Source: Candidatus Aphodoplasma sp.
GTDB lineage: Bacteria > Bacillota > Clostridia > UBA1381 > UMGS1253
Assembly (NCBI GenBank): GCA_045541115.1
Contig: JAZQIM010000011.1
Location: forward strand, 83,310 to 147,309
Direction: 5' to 3'
DNA: 64,000 nucleotides
Positions 26,800 to 36,496 of the stretch are shown here, in pieces. The position numbers were made by a program, and so were the translations under genes. Within the stretch, counting starts at the first letter, position 1, and the number at the start of each line of letters is the position of its first letter. The notes beneath the pieces were generated by a model. It was not told where the DNA came from. It did no database searches and was given only the letters and a program-made list of their open reading frames with translations.

Positions 26800-27039
26800 A
26801 TGAAATCTACAGGTATATTAAGAAAAGTGGACGAGCTTGGAAGAATTGTGCTTCCGATAGAGCTTCGCCGCACATTTGACATTTCGGAAGGTGACAAACT
26901 TGAAATATATGTAGTCGACGATTCAATTATTCTTAAAAAACACGAGCCTTGCTGCACATTTTGCGCAGATACCACAGACCTGTTTGTTTTTAAAGGCAAA
27001 AACGTTTGCCCAAACTGCATAAAAGAACTTCAAAAATAG
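26800..27039 (+). CDS. AbrB/SpoVT-family transition-state regulator-like protein with C-terminal Cys4 extension
   Basis: MKSTGILRKVDELGRIVLPIELRRTFDISEGDKLEIYV is the swapped-hairpin SpoVT-AbrB domain. The C-terminus carries CCTFC...CPNC. The promoter TTGACT-17-TAAAAT lies at 26705-26733. Confidence 0.8.
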   Translation: MKSTGILRKVDELGRIVLPIELRRTFDISEGDKLEIYVVDDSIILKKHEPCCTFCADTTDLFVFKGKNVCPNCIKELQK

Positions 27040-27101
27040 ACAATACACCTTTGAACAATATAAAAAGGAGATGCACCTGCATCTCCTTTTTTGCGTCTTC
27101 T

Positions 27102-28484
27102 TTAAAACATTACGATATAACCGTATATGAATATATACCCTATAATCAGCGGTAAAACGTAAGTAAGATATAATCTTGTCCATTTCGGAAATTTTTTTCC
27201 CTCGCCAATATTTGTTTCAGCCATAAAATTATCAAATCCCCAGCCATAGCGCGTCGTGCAAAACAGGCAGTATGCAAGTGCGCCGAGTGGCAAAAGGTTA
27301 TTGCTCACAATAAAATCCTCAAAATCGAGTATAGTGCTTCCCGCTCCAAGTATCTGGGCACTCTTCCACAAATTAAAGCCTAATATACATGGCAAGGAAA
27401 GTATCGTTATAAGTATGATGTTTATTATGATTGCCTTTTTTCTGCTCCAACCAAAGCTGTCATTAAAATATGCAATAATATTTTGGAAAATTGCAATTAC
27501 GGTTGAGAGCGCCGCAAACGACATAAAGACAAAGAACATCGCGCCCCATATGTTACCGTATGGCATTGAGTTGAATACGTGCGGCAACGTTATAAATATA
27601 AGGCTCGGTCCCTGATTCGGCGCAACACCGTATGAAAAGCATGCAGGAAAAATGATAAGTCCCGATACGAATGCCACAAGCGTGTCAAGAACCGTTATAT
27701 ACAACGCTTCACCATACAATGTTCGCTCATGGCTCTGATAACTTCCAAACACCGCCATAGAGCCGATTCCAACGCTTAATGTGAAAAAGGCTTGTCCCAT
27801 AGCGGCAAAAACAACTTCCCCGATGCCCGCTTCGAGAAATCTGTTTAAATTAGGCTTTAAATAAAACGATATGCCTTGCGATGCCGATGGAAGTGTCAGC
27901 GAGCGCACACAAAGTACAATCATAATTGCAAGAAGAAATATCATCATAGTTTTTGTGATACGCTCAAGTCCGTTTTTTAGTCCAAGCGAGCATATACCAA
28001 AGCATATAACAATTACAAGCATACACCAAAAAAGCATCTGATAGGGATTTGCCGTCAGATTTGAAAATGCGGCAGATATCTGCTCCGAATTAACGCCGGA
28101 CAATTCGCCACTTATCATTTTTGCGCAATATGCAAGCATCCACCCTGCAATTACCGTATAAAACATCATCAATAAATAGTTTCCTGCTATACCGAAGTAT
28201 CCGACTATATGCCACTTACTGCCCTTCGGCTCAAGAGCACGAAATGACTCCGTAGCACCTTTTCTGCTTGCACGGCCAACCGCAAACTCCATCGTGAGTA
28301 TAGGAAGAGCCAATACCAAAAGGAAAATAAGATAAATCATTACAAATATAGCTCCGCCATACTGTCCGACAATGTACGGAAATCGCCACACATTTCCAAG
28401 TCCTATCGCACAGCCTGCAGATATCAGTATAAAAGAAAGTCTTGACGAAAAGCTTTCTCGGCCATTTGTTTCCTGTTTCTTCAT
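27102..28484 (-). CDS. Sodium-dependent transporter, SNF (neurotransmitter:sodium symporter) family
   Basis: GLGNVWRFPY motif, approx. 11-12 TM. Start set at the ATG at 28484 (RBS AAAGGAA). Confidence 0.85.
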   Translation of the reverse strand: MKKQETNGRESFSSRLSFILISAGCAIGLGNVWRFPYIVGQYGGAIFVMIYLIFLLVLALPILTMEFAVGRASRKGATESFRALEPKGSKWHIVGYFGIAGNYLLMMFYTVIAGWMLAYCAKMISGELSGVNSEQISAAFSNLTANPYQMLFWCMLVIVICFGICSLGLKNGLERITKTMMIFLLAIMIVLCVRSLTLPSASQGISFYLKPNLNRFLEAGIGEVVFAAMGQAFFTLSVGIGSMAVFGSYQSHERTLYGEALYITVLDTLVAFVSGLIIFPACFSYGVAPNQGPSLIFITLPHVFNSMPYGNIWGAMFFVFMSFAALSTVIAIFQNIIAYFNDSFGWSRKKAIIINIILITILSLPCILGFNLWKSAQILGAGSTILDFEDFIVSNNLLPLGALAYCLFCTTRYGWGFDNFMAETNIGEGKKFPKWTRLYLTYVLPLIIGYIFIYGYIVMF

Positions 28485-28579
28485 AATAATCATTCCTTTA
28501 TATTTTTCATAAAATAGTATTGCCGTACAGAAATCCTTTTAGACACGACTACTCCTTTCTATACGGCAATAATTTTATT

Positions 28580-31111
28580 CTACATTAAATCTTCTGCGCT
28601 TACAAGCACGTTTCTCGGCTTACTTCCATCGGCGCCGCTTATTATTCCGCGGGCTTCCATCTGGTCAATAATACGTCCTGCTCTTGCGTATCCTACGCCG
28701 AGTCTGCGCTGTACCATCGAAGTAGATATCGACCCTGATGCGAGCGCTATTTCGATAGCTTTTGGCAAAAGCTCATCGCAGTCGGTATCGTCCGGCTCAA
28801 TTTCTACCGTTGAGTTAATCTTTTCCTTGATGTCCTCGTCATATCTGGCCTCTGATGTATCCTTTATAAACTCAACAATCTTTTCGACCTCTTTATCAGA
28901 TATAAATGCACCCTGAATTCGTGTAGGCTTCGATGCACCCATTGGCATAAAGAGCATATCGCCCTTGCCTAAAAGCTTTTCCGCTCCTGCCGCGTCAAGA
29001 ATCGTACGGCTATCGATATGGCTCGATACTGCAAAGGCAATACGCGACGGAATATTTGCTTTAATAACGCCCGTAATAACGTTAACAGACGGACGCTGTG
29101 TTGCGATAAGAAGGTGCATTCCCGCCGCACGTGCCATCTGCGCAAGTCGGCAGATTGAATCTTCAATTTCCTTTGGCGCAACCATCATCAAGTCTGAAAG
29201 CTCATCTATAATTATAACAATCTGCGGCAATTTTGCCTCGCCGTCAAGTTCAAGCACCTCATTATAACCATTTAAATCTCTAACGCCATTTTCTGCAAAA
29301 AGATTATATCGACGCGTCATTTCGCTCACTGCCCATCCGAGTGCACCGGCAGCTTTTTTCGGGTCTGTTACAACAGGTACCAAAAGATGCGGTATGCCGT
29401 TATATACGCCAAGCTCTACGACCTTCGGGTCAATCATAATCATTTTCACTTCGTTCGGGTCAGCTTTATATAAAATGCTCGTTATAATTGAGTTAATACA
29501 TACAGACTTACCCGAACCTGTTGCACCGGCGATAAGTACATGGGGCATTTTCGCAATATCTCCAATGATTGCCTTGCCCGCAATATCCATTCCAAGCGCA
29601 ACTGAAAGCTTCGATTTTGCTACCTTAAACTCATCCGATTCAATAACATCGCGCAATGCGACGCTTGTAATTTCCTTATTCGGCACTTCAATTCCGATTG
29701 CAGCCTTGCCCGGAATCGGCGCCTCTATTCTTACTGCCGCCGCTGCAAGATTAAGCGCTATATCATCAGATAAATTAGTTATCTTACTTACCTTTACGCC
29801 GACACTCGGCGCAAGTTCATATCTCGTAACCGTTGGTCCGCGACTTACCTGTAAAAGCTTTACATCTACACCAAAGCTCTTGAGTGTATCAACAAGCTTT
29901 ACTGCTGTTTCGCGAAGTTCTTCACGTGAATCGATTCCACGCTTTGTTTTTCCTGCCGTCAAAAGCGAAGATGGCGGGAATTTGTATGGAATCGGGATCG
30001 CCTTCATATTATCATCAAGCTGCTCGCGCAGGTTTGCCTCTGCTTCGGCGCTTAATTTTTCTACACGCTTCGGCGCGCTGTTTTGCGCCGTATTTTCTAT
30101 TTCGCCCGAAGCGGCAAAATCATCATTTTCATATGCCTGTGCTTTTGCACTGCCATCTGCATTATCATTGTCGCCACCAAGCAGTTCTGATGCACTTATA
30201 ATTTCCTCTTCTTCAGGCTCTGCAATCTTTTTTGCAATAGCATCAAATACAGGTACATCTAAATCACCATCAATTGATGTAGCTACTGTATCAGAATCTT
30301 CCACCTCTGATGTACTCTTTTTCGATTTCTTTTTGCTTTTTTCTTTTATTTCTCCCGTTTCGATATCGACATCAATGGAGCGCTGACGCAGCGGTCTTAA
30401 TCCCTCATCTACCGCAATAGCAGCCGACTTCACAGCCCCGCCGGCACGTTTTCCAAGCTCATACGAACGCTCGCTTTGTATTTCGCGGGCCTCGCGCTTT
30501 GCTCCGTTCCAGAAACCTGCAATAAGACGCAGTGGCGAAATCTTGAACAGAAAAATCATAAGGATAAGAGTTATTGTTATAAATATAATTGCACAAATCC
30601 AACGTCCGAGTGCCGATACCAGAGGATTTGCAATCATTGCACCAAATATGCCGCCACCTGCAGCCGTACGGTTAGCAAGCTCAAAAGCTTCAAACAAACT
30701 TTCATTTTGCGCATTAGTCCCAAATATCTGCCACATCACGCTAAAGCACAGCATAATTACTATACAAAGCGAAAGCTTTATGTACATTCTGTTGTAATCG
30801 CGCCTTACCATAAGATATATAGCACAGCCTATTACAAATACAGGAACACTCATCGCAGGAGAACCAAATAAGCCGACAAGCAAATAACGAAGCGCCTCTC
30901 CTACATATCCGGCATACGGCGTATACAGGCATACACCAAATAAAAGTCCTATCGCAATTATAACAATTCCCGATAATTCAAAATAACGCGGTTCATCATT
31001 ATATGTATCTTTTTTTGCCAAGCGCACTGCCGTATTCTTTTTTGAAGGCGCACTCTTTTTTGCCGCTCTATCCCGCCTTGTATTTTTTGGATTTGCCGCT
31101 TTTCGTGGCAT
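28580..31111 (-). CDS. ftsK: DNA translocase FtsK/SpoIIIE
   Basis: N-terminal TM helices, an acidic linker, the motor domain with Walker [10 protein letters not shown] and [10 protein letters not shown], and a C-terminal gamma winged helix. Start set at the ATG at 31111 after AGGGGGA. Confidence 0.92.
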   Translation of the reverse strand: MPRKAANPKNTRRDRAAKKSAPSKKNTAVRLAKKDTYNDEPRYFELSGIVIIAIGLLFGVCLYTPYAGYVGEALRYLLVGLFGSPAMSVPVFVIGCAIYLMVRRDYNRMYIKLSLCIVIMLCFSVMWQIFGTNAQNESLFEAFELANRTAAGGGIFGAMIANPLVSALGRWICAIIFITITLILMIFLFKISPLRLIAGFWNGAKREAREIQSERSYELGKRAGGAVKSAAIAVDEGLRPLRQRSIDVDIETGEIKEKSKKKSKKSTSEVEDSDTVATSIDGDLDVPVFDAIAKKIAEPEEEEIISASELLGGDNDNADGSAKAQAYENDDFAASGEIENTAQNSAPKRVEKLSAEAEANLREQLDDNMKAIPIPYKFPPSSLLTAGKTKRGIDSREELRETAVKLVDTLKSFGVDVKLLQVSRGPTVTRYELAPSVGVKVSKITNLSDDIALNLAAAAVRIEAPIPGKAAIGIEVPNKEITSVALRDVIESDEFKVAKSKLSVALGMDIAGKAIIGDIAKMPHVLIAGATGSGKSVCINSIITSILYKADPNEVKMIMIDPKVVELGVYNGIPHLLVPVVTDPKKAAGALGWAVSEMTRRYNLFAENGVRDLNGYNEVLELDGEAKLPQIVIIIDELSDLMMVAPKEIEDSICRLAQMARAAGMHLLIATQRPSVNVITGVIKANIPSRIAFAVSSHIDSRTILDAAGAEKLLGKGDMLFMPMGASKPTRIQGAFISDKEVEKIVEFIKDTSEARYDEDIKEKINSTVEIEPDDTDCDELLPKAIEIALASGSISTSMVQRRLGVGYARAGRIIDQMEARGIISGADGSKPRNVLVSAEDLM

Positions 31112-31169
31112 CGCAATTCCCCCTTGGTATATTTCAAAATAGGCGCACATAACTGCGCCACATCATTTT

Positions 31170-32615
31170 TTAGCGTTTGTAGCCATCTGTTTCTTTAATT
31201 TTAACAAACCACGATGATTTTTTTTCTCCCTCACTGCCGTCATCGTCATATGCCTCAAACAGCTTTTCGATTCCCTGCATCTTTTCTTCTTCGCTCAACG
31301 AATCAAATATCTTTGCATCATACGTCGGCTCTGTGAGAGTCGTTTCTTCGCTCGCACTGTATCTGCGAAGAATCTGGCGATAGCTTTTTAAATATCCGCC
31401 TTCAAACTCCATCTCTATCGCGCTATGGGCGTCAAATTCATCGCCAAAAACAATCGGCACACCGTCATAGCTATAATCAAATGACGCCTTTAAATAATTC
31501 TGACTTTCCGTAAGATTACTTAAATATAACTGAAGTGAATCATTATTTATGATTGTAGAGCACACCTTGCCGACAACTCCGGCTGCGCCCGATAATATCT
31601 GCGCCGTATTAGATGTTTGTGTTACTCCTTCAAGCGCCAGCCCTTTTCCGCCTTCTACCGTCGTATATGACAGCACGCCATTGGACGATATCTTAAGCGT
31701 ATTTTTGCTTTGTACATAAATGACGTTTGCATCTGCATCAACATATTTTATGGCAGTCCTTGGATTGATTAAAAACGCCTTTAACAGCTTTTCTGTCATA
31801 TTCATACTGATATCGATTTCGCCATCCTTGAGGACAGGGTTTGTCGAGTTTATCACATTTCGCGAAACGCTTTCTTCATTTAAAATTAGATATGGCGCAA
31901 ATATCGCCTCGCCTGCAATACCCGTCGGCACGTCTGCATTTATAAAAAATGAAAATCTCTTTTTCGGTGTTGCATCGGGTGCAAGTATTTTAAGGTTTTC
32001 GTTAAATACACTTTTGTCAAGATTCGTTGAAATCTTATAGAATTCACTTTTACTCTCATCTGCAATATATACAGATACATCGCCTGCAAGAGTGTCCTCT
32101 GCCGTAATAATAAATCGTCTGACTGCTGATATATCCTGTACAACAGTCGGCTGTGCAGCACCAAAAATCTGCGAAAAGGTTGCCGTGTTGTAATCTATAC
32201 CATAGTCAACATAAAAGCCTCTTGTAAACAGCGCCTTTCGCCATGCATCTTCATCTACCTTCGTCATCTTCTTCGTATCAGTTGACATCGCATTAAGTAT
32301 TGCATCTGAAACATAATCATTTATAACACTGTAGCTAGGCGATGTAGTGTCAACAACAGTTATCGCATGGTCAAAATCACGCACCATGTATGCTGCAAGA
32401 TATGTTGGCGATGCAATGCTTGTCCGAACGGCTTTATTTTCTTCTCCCATGCCAAAAATTCTTGCAAGCTTTGTCTGCGCAGAGTTAGAAATATTTACAA
32501 AAAAATTATAGCCCTCGGGCCATAATTCTTCGTTAAACCATATTTGACCTGTAAGCACAAGACTGCTTATGACCAAAGCAATCAACACGATGCTCTTTAT
32601 TCTTTCCTTTTTCAT
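31170..32615 (-). CDS. YycH-like extracytoplasmic regulatory protein (single N-terminal TM)
   Basis: Start at the ATG at 32615 (RBS GGGAGG). MKKERIKSIVLIALVISSLVLTGQIWFNE resembles the YycH family N-terminus. No walRK genes are nearby. Confidence 0.45.
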   Translation of the reverse strand: MKKERIKSIVLIALVISSLVLTGQIWFNEELWPEGYNFFVNISNSAQTKLARIFGMGEENKAVRTSIASPTYLAAYMVRDFDHAITVVDTTSPSYSVINDYVSDAILNAMSTDTKKMTKVDEDAWRKALFTRGFYVDYGIDYNTATFSQIFGAAQPTVVQDISAVRRFIITAEDTLAGDVSVYIADESKSEFYKISTNLDKSVFNENLKILAPDATPKKRFSFFINADVPTGIAGEAIFAPYLILNEESVSRNVINSTNPVLKDGEIDISMNMTEKLLKAFLINPRTAIKYVDADANVIYVQSKNTLKISSNGVLSYTTVEGGKGLALEGVTQTSNTAQILSGAAGVVGKVCSTIINNDSLQLYLSNLTESQNYLKASFDYSYDGVPIVFGDEFDAHSAIEMEFEGGYLKSYRQILRRYSASEETTLTEPTYDAKIFDSLSEEEKMQGIEKLFEAYDDDGSEGEKKSSWFVKIKETDGYKR

Positions 32616-32723
32616 TGTGCGCCTCCCGCTGTTAAAAAAATCCTTTAACAGACACAAATATCGCAAATTAAAAATTTGCGATATTTGAGCTTTATTCACA
32701 CACTTTGTTTTGAATAATCAATA

Positions 32724-33191
32724 TTAAAAGCTAAACATATCGCCTACCGAAAGCCCGTTAATCTTATCGAGCTGATTTCTCGAAAGGCGCGTAATGTCAA
32801 TGTTTATAATCTGGCGTTCACTGTTATTTTCGGCATAAACTCTCATCTTATTGCCGCCCTCTACAAGCTCAATCGATACTACGTACACACCACTCGCACC
32901 GATTGTTCCGGTAAGAAGGTATCCACCCTGATAAACCTTATAAAAGTTTCCATCATAATTGCTTTTTCTGTATATCGTTACTTCGACTCCGCTTCGTCCT
33001 GCTGCAGTAACTGTATATGTACGCTCCGAAGTAGTAGCACTAAGCGATGATGGCTTTTTGATATATATCAGTGAATTCGAATTGCCATAATCCCATGGTG
33101 AGAGCGAATATGGAGCTGCAAGTGCACAAGTCGTCGCAAAAATAGTCATCGCCAGAACAAGACAAACCGATGTTAAAAGCTTTCTTCTCAT
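32724..33191 (-). CDS. Secreted beta-rich protein of unknown function (signal peptide)
   Basis: 155 aa with signal peptide MRRKLLTSVCLVLAMTIFATTCALA. RBS AAAGGAGG. Confidence 0.6.
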   Translation of the reverse strand: MRRKLLTSVCLVLAMTIFATTCALAAPYSLSPWDYGNSNSLIYIKKPSSLSATTSERTYTVTAAGRSGVEVTIYRKSNYDGNFYKVYQGGYLLTGTIGASGVYVVSIELVEGGNKMRVYAENNSERQIINIDITRLSRNQLDKINGLSVGDMFSF

Positions 33192-33335
33192 ATGACAAAC
33201 CTCCTTTTTTAACTTCTTGTTATATTTCGTCGCAAAAAATTGCTGACATAATCTCCATCTACATTATACAATACTATTATTACAACTCTGTTACACACGC
33301 GTTAATTGCTCCTAACAATTAAAATCCCGCACCCG

Positions 33336-34541
33336 CTACTCTTTAGCGCTCACTATGACAGCGATACTCTCTTCTCCAAGCACAAAAACGCCTTCAGGCA
33401 GGTGAAGATTAATCGGCAACACGTGCATTCCTTCGCCAAGAGATGAAACATCAACGGTCGGCTTCGGCTCAAAGGACTCAATCAAGTTTTTTGCGCCCTG
33501 AAGCGTTACGCTCACAGGCAAGGACTGCGCTTCGTACTTTTTGCCGTTCTGGACATTTTGGAAGCTCACAGATTCAATGATTATTGTCTTTGAAATCTTT
33601 TGTTCAATATTTATTGATACTTCAACCTGGCTTATATCAAACACATTTACAAAGCCTTCCGGTATGATAAGCTTTAAGGCGAGCTTTCTTCCCTGTGTAA
33701 TATTTGACATATCTATCGGCTCTGTAACTATTTTTTCAATGTTATACACGGACTCATCCTTGCTTCCAAGGCGCACACTGACCGGTAGTATCTCAACCGA
33801 CGAAATCACATAATCGCTCATTATATTTGACACATAACCAAGCTCTATCGGAATATCCTTCGTCTTATATACCGACGAAGTAACCGAAACAGTTTCTGTA
33901 TCTGTATTTATATTGACATCGTTCGTGATATCCTTGCCATCCTTTGAAATAATTTTATATTTCATGTTTTGTGTCTGTCCGTCATATACATCAGATACAT
34001 CAACCGTAACAACTGCATTTGAAACAGCATCTATGGTCGATACCGGTCCCCATACAGATATCGTCTGTGGCGACGCTACTGCCTGTACGCTTGTTTTTTC
34101 ATCTTTTGGGTTTCCTGTATATTTTATCTCAACCGGTATGCTTACTGTCTTAAGCTTTTCCACAACAACGTTGATTGTATATGGATTTTTATCTGAAATT
34201 GATACATCACTTATGGGAAGACGAGTTTCAACCGATACCTCGTATACGCCTTCGCGTATGTATGGAACGCTGATCGTTGCCGAAATATTGCTCGAGTCAA
34301 TCTTTCCTATCGATAAACGGCGACCCTTCACCGTAACATCTACTGTCGGTATACGGCCTTCCTTTTTGATCGTGAGGCCCGCTCTTTCAAGTTCCGAAAG
34401 ATTTGTGCATGATATCTGTACATCATTAACTACTTTCGTACTTTGCGGATTCTGGTTATAAACAACGAATGCCCACAAAAATATTGCTATAAGGACAGAG
34501 TATATCTTGAAGGCGGTTTCACTTACAAAAGCTTTTTTCAT
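33336..34541 (-). CDS. cdaR: CdaR (YbbR-domain regulator of diadenylate cyclase)
   Basis: 401 aa with an N-terminal TM and repeated YbbR-like beta domains. Overlaps the cdaA stop by 4 nt. Confidence 0.8.
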   Translation of the reverse strand: MKKAFVSETAFKIYSVLIAIFLWAFVVYNQNPQSTKVVNDVQISCTNLSELERAGLTIKKEGRIPTVDVTVKGRRLSIGKIDSSNISATISVPYIREGVYEVSVETRLPISDVSISDKNPYTINVVVEKLKTVSIPVEIKYTGNPKDEKTSVQAVASPQTISVWGPVSTIDAVSNAVVTVDVSDVYDGQTQNMKYKIISKDGKDITNDVNINTDTETVSVTSSVYKTKDIPIELGYVSNIMSDYVISSVEILPVSVRLGSKDESVYNIEKIVTEPIDMSNITQGRKLALKLIIPEGFVNVFDISQVEVSINIEQKISKTIIIESVSFQNVQNGKKYEAQSLPVSVTLQGAKNLIESFEPKPTVDVSSLGEGMHVLPINLHLPEGVFVLGEESIAVIVSAKE

Positions 34542-35392
34542 TTCGTCGCCCCCTTCCAGAAGGTAATCTTCTCTTTATCAATTATCTTCGCATCTGCCTG
34601 CATCGTTTTTGCAAGTGCCTTTTTGAGAGAATCAACTGTAAGATTTCTCGTAAGGCCGCCATTTAGTGCAAGCGATATTTTGCCTGTTTCCTCGCTTACT
34701 ACGATTGCAACCGCATCGGAGTTTTCCGAAATTCCGATTGCAGCGCGATGTCTCGTGCCGAGCTCTTTTGATAAGTCGTTATTATGTGTCAGCGGCAAAA
34801 AACATCCCGCCGCTAAAATTTTATTTGAGCCTATAATGACCGCACCATCATGAAGCGGCGTATTTGGAACAAATATATTTACTAAAAGCTCCGCGCTTAT
34901 TGCGGAATTTATTATCGTGCCTGTCTTTGTAACGTCTCCGAGGCGTGTTATTCTTTCCATACATATAAGCGCGCCCACCTTGTTTTTTGCAAGGTTGTCT
35001 ACCGCACGCACAATTTCATCAATGTTTTTTTCAAGTGTTTCCTCGCGTGTATTAAAACTAAAAATTCTGCCTGCTGCTCCACGTCCCACTCTCTCAAGTC
35101 CGCTTCGTAGTTCCGGCTGAAACAATATAAGTAGCGCAAAAAAGCCGAGCTGCATTGTATTTTCAAGTATGTACTGCATTGTATTTAGCCCAAGCCATGA
35201 GCTCAGTTGCAACATAATAACAAGTATCATTATGCCCTTTACAAGCTGTCCTGCACGCGTTTCCCGGACAAGTCTAAATGCCTGATAAACAATAACAGCT
35301 ACAATAGTAATATCAACAATATCAGCAAAACGAACGGTTGACATAAACCGTACAAAGCCTTGCATAAATTCACTTAAAAATTCGCCAATCAT
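34538..35392 (-). CDS. cdaA: Diadenylate cyclase CdaA (DisA_N/DAC domain)
   Basis: 3 N-terminal TM helices; DAC motifs GALI, PLHDGAVII, LGTRHRAA. Start at the ATG at 35392 after AGGGGG. Confidence 0.9.
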   Translation of the reverse strand: MIGEFLSEFMQGFVRFMSTVRFADIVDITIVAVIVYQAFRLVRETRAGQLVKGIMILVIMLQLSSWLGLNTMQYILENTMQLGFFALLILFQPELRSGLERVGRGAAGRIFSFNTREETLEKNIDEIVRAVDNLAKNKVGALICMERITRLGDVTKTGTIINSAISAELLVNIFVPNTPLHDGAVIIGSNKILAAGCFLPLTHNNDLSKELGTRHRAAIGISENSDAVAIVVSEETGKISLALNGGLTRNLTVDSLKKALAKTMQADAKIIDKEKITFWKGATK

Positions 35393-35587
35393 TATTGCGC
35401 CCCCTGACATCGAAAAAGGTTACAGTTATCATAATTATATTATACAACGATTTTTACCTCATTACCAGTGTTTTTTTATTTTTAGCGCAAAAAAGTTTTT
35501 TACATTAAAATCCCCTTGCACAAACAGGTGTTTTGTAGTACAATTATACTGTATAATTATGATTGTAAATACATAAGATGGGAAGTT

Positions 35588-36463
35588 ATGTTTATGGAAA
35601 AAAATATTATTCCGCGAATAGCTGCGATACACGATATGTCGGGTTTTGGAAGATGTTCTTTGTCGGTTATAATACCGATTCTTTCCTCTATGGGAATGCA
35701 GGTTTGTCCGCTCCCCACCGCAGTTTTATCGACTCATACGGGCGGCTTTGAAGGATATACCTTTATTGACCTTACAGATACGATGAAATCATATTATGAG
35801 CATTGGAAGTCGCTGAAAATAGATTTTGACTGCATATATTCGGGTTTTCTCGGCTCAAGCAAGCAAATCGATATTATAATGTCCTTCATCAAGGACTTTG
35901 CGCATAAAAATACGCTCGTTGTTGTCGACCCGGTTTTTGCTGACAACGGAAAACTATACGATACTTTTGAGCCCGATTTTATTTTACATATGAAAAGGCT
36001 CGTTTCAAAGGCTCATATAATAACACCAAACATTACGGAAGCCGCGTTTTTGCTCGGGCAGGAGCAAAAGGATTCATACAGCCGCGACGACGTAAAAAAG
36101 ATGCTTGAATCCCTTGGAAAAATCGGTCCGCACACTTCAATTATAACAAGCGTGCCGATGGACGATTGCGAAAAATGTGTTGTTGCATACAGCAAAGAAG
36201 ACGGTCGCTTCTGGAGAGTGGCATGCGACTATGTCCCCGCCGAATACCCCGGAACAGGCGATATATTTACGAGCGTTCTCACAGGTGCTCTTTTAGAAGG
36301 CGACAGCCTTCCGATTGCAATTGACCGCTCTGTACAGTTCGTTTCTATGGCAATACGCACGACGTTTGGATATAATACTGCCGTACGTGAAGGCGTAATA
36401 CTTGAGCGTATATTAAACACACTTTCAAAGCCATTCGAACAAATAAATTATGAACTTTTGTAA
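35588..36463 (+). CDS. pdxK: Pyridoxal/pyridoxamine kinase
   Basis: RIAAIHDMSGFGRCSL, VVDPVFADNGKLY, GTGDIFTS motifs of the ribokinase-like PdxK/PdxY family. The start is ambiguous (35588 or 35594). Confidence 0.8.
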   Translation: MFMEKNIIPRIAAIHDMSGFGRCSLSVIIPILSSMGMQVCPLPTAVLSTHTGGFEGYTFIDLTDTMKSYYEHWKSLKIDFDCIYSGFLGSSKQIDIIMSFIKDFAHKNTLVVVDPVFADNGKLYDTFEPDFILHMKRLVSKAHIITPNITEAAFLLGQEQKDSYSRDDVKKMLESLGKIGPHTSIITSVPMDDCEKCVVAYSKEDGRFWRVACDYVPAEYPGTGDIFTSVLTGALLEGDSLPIAIDRSVQFVSMAIRTTFGYNTAVREGVILERILNTLSKPFEQINYELL

Positions 36464-36496
36464 TTATCATTATTAAATTTATAAGGCGGTGTATTT

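Noticed and set aside
29394-30386. 330-aa Ser/Ala/Ile-rich ORF on the plus strand
   Set aside because: It lies antisense to the ftsK motor and linker region and is a low-complexity shadow ORF.
33913-34461. 182-aa plus-strand ORF
   Set aside because: It lies antisense to cdaR and has no RBS.
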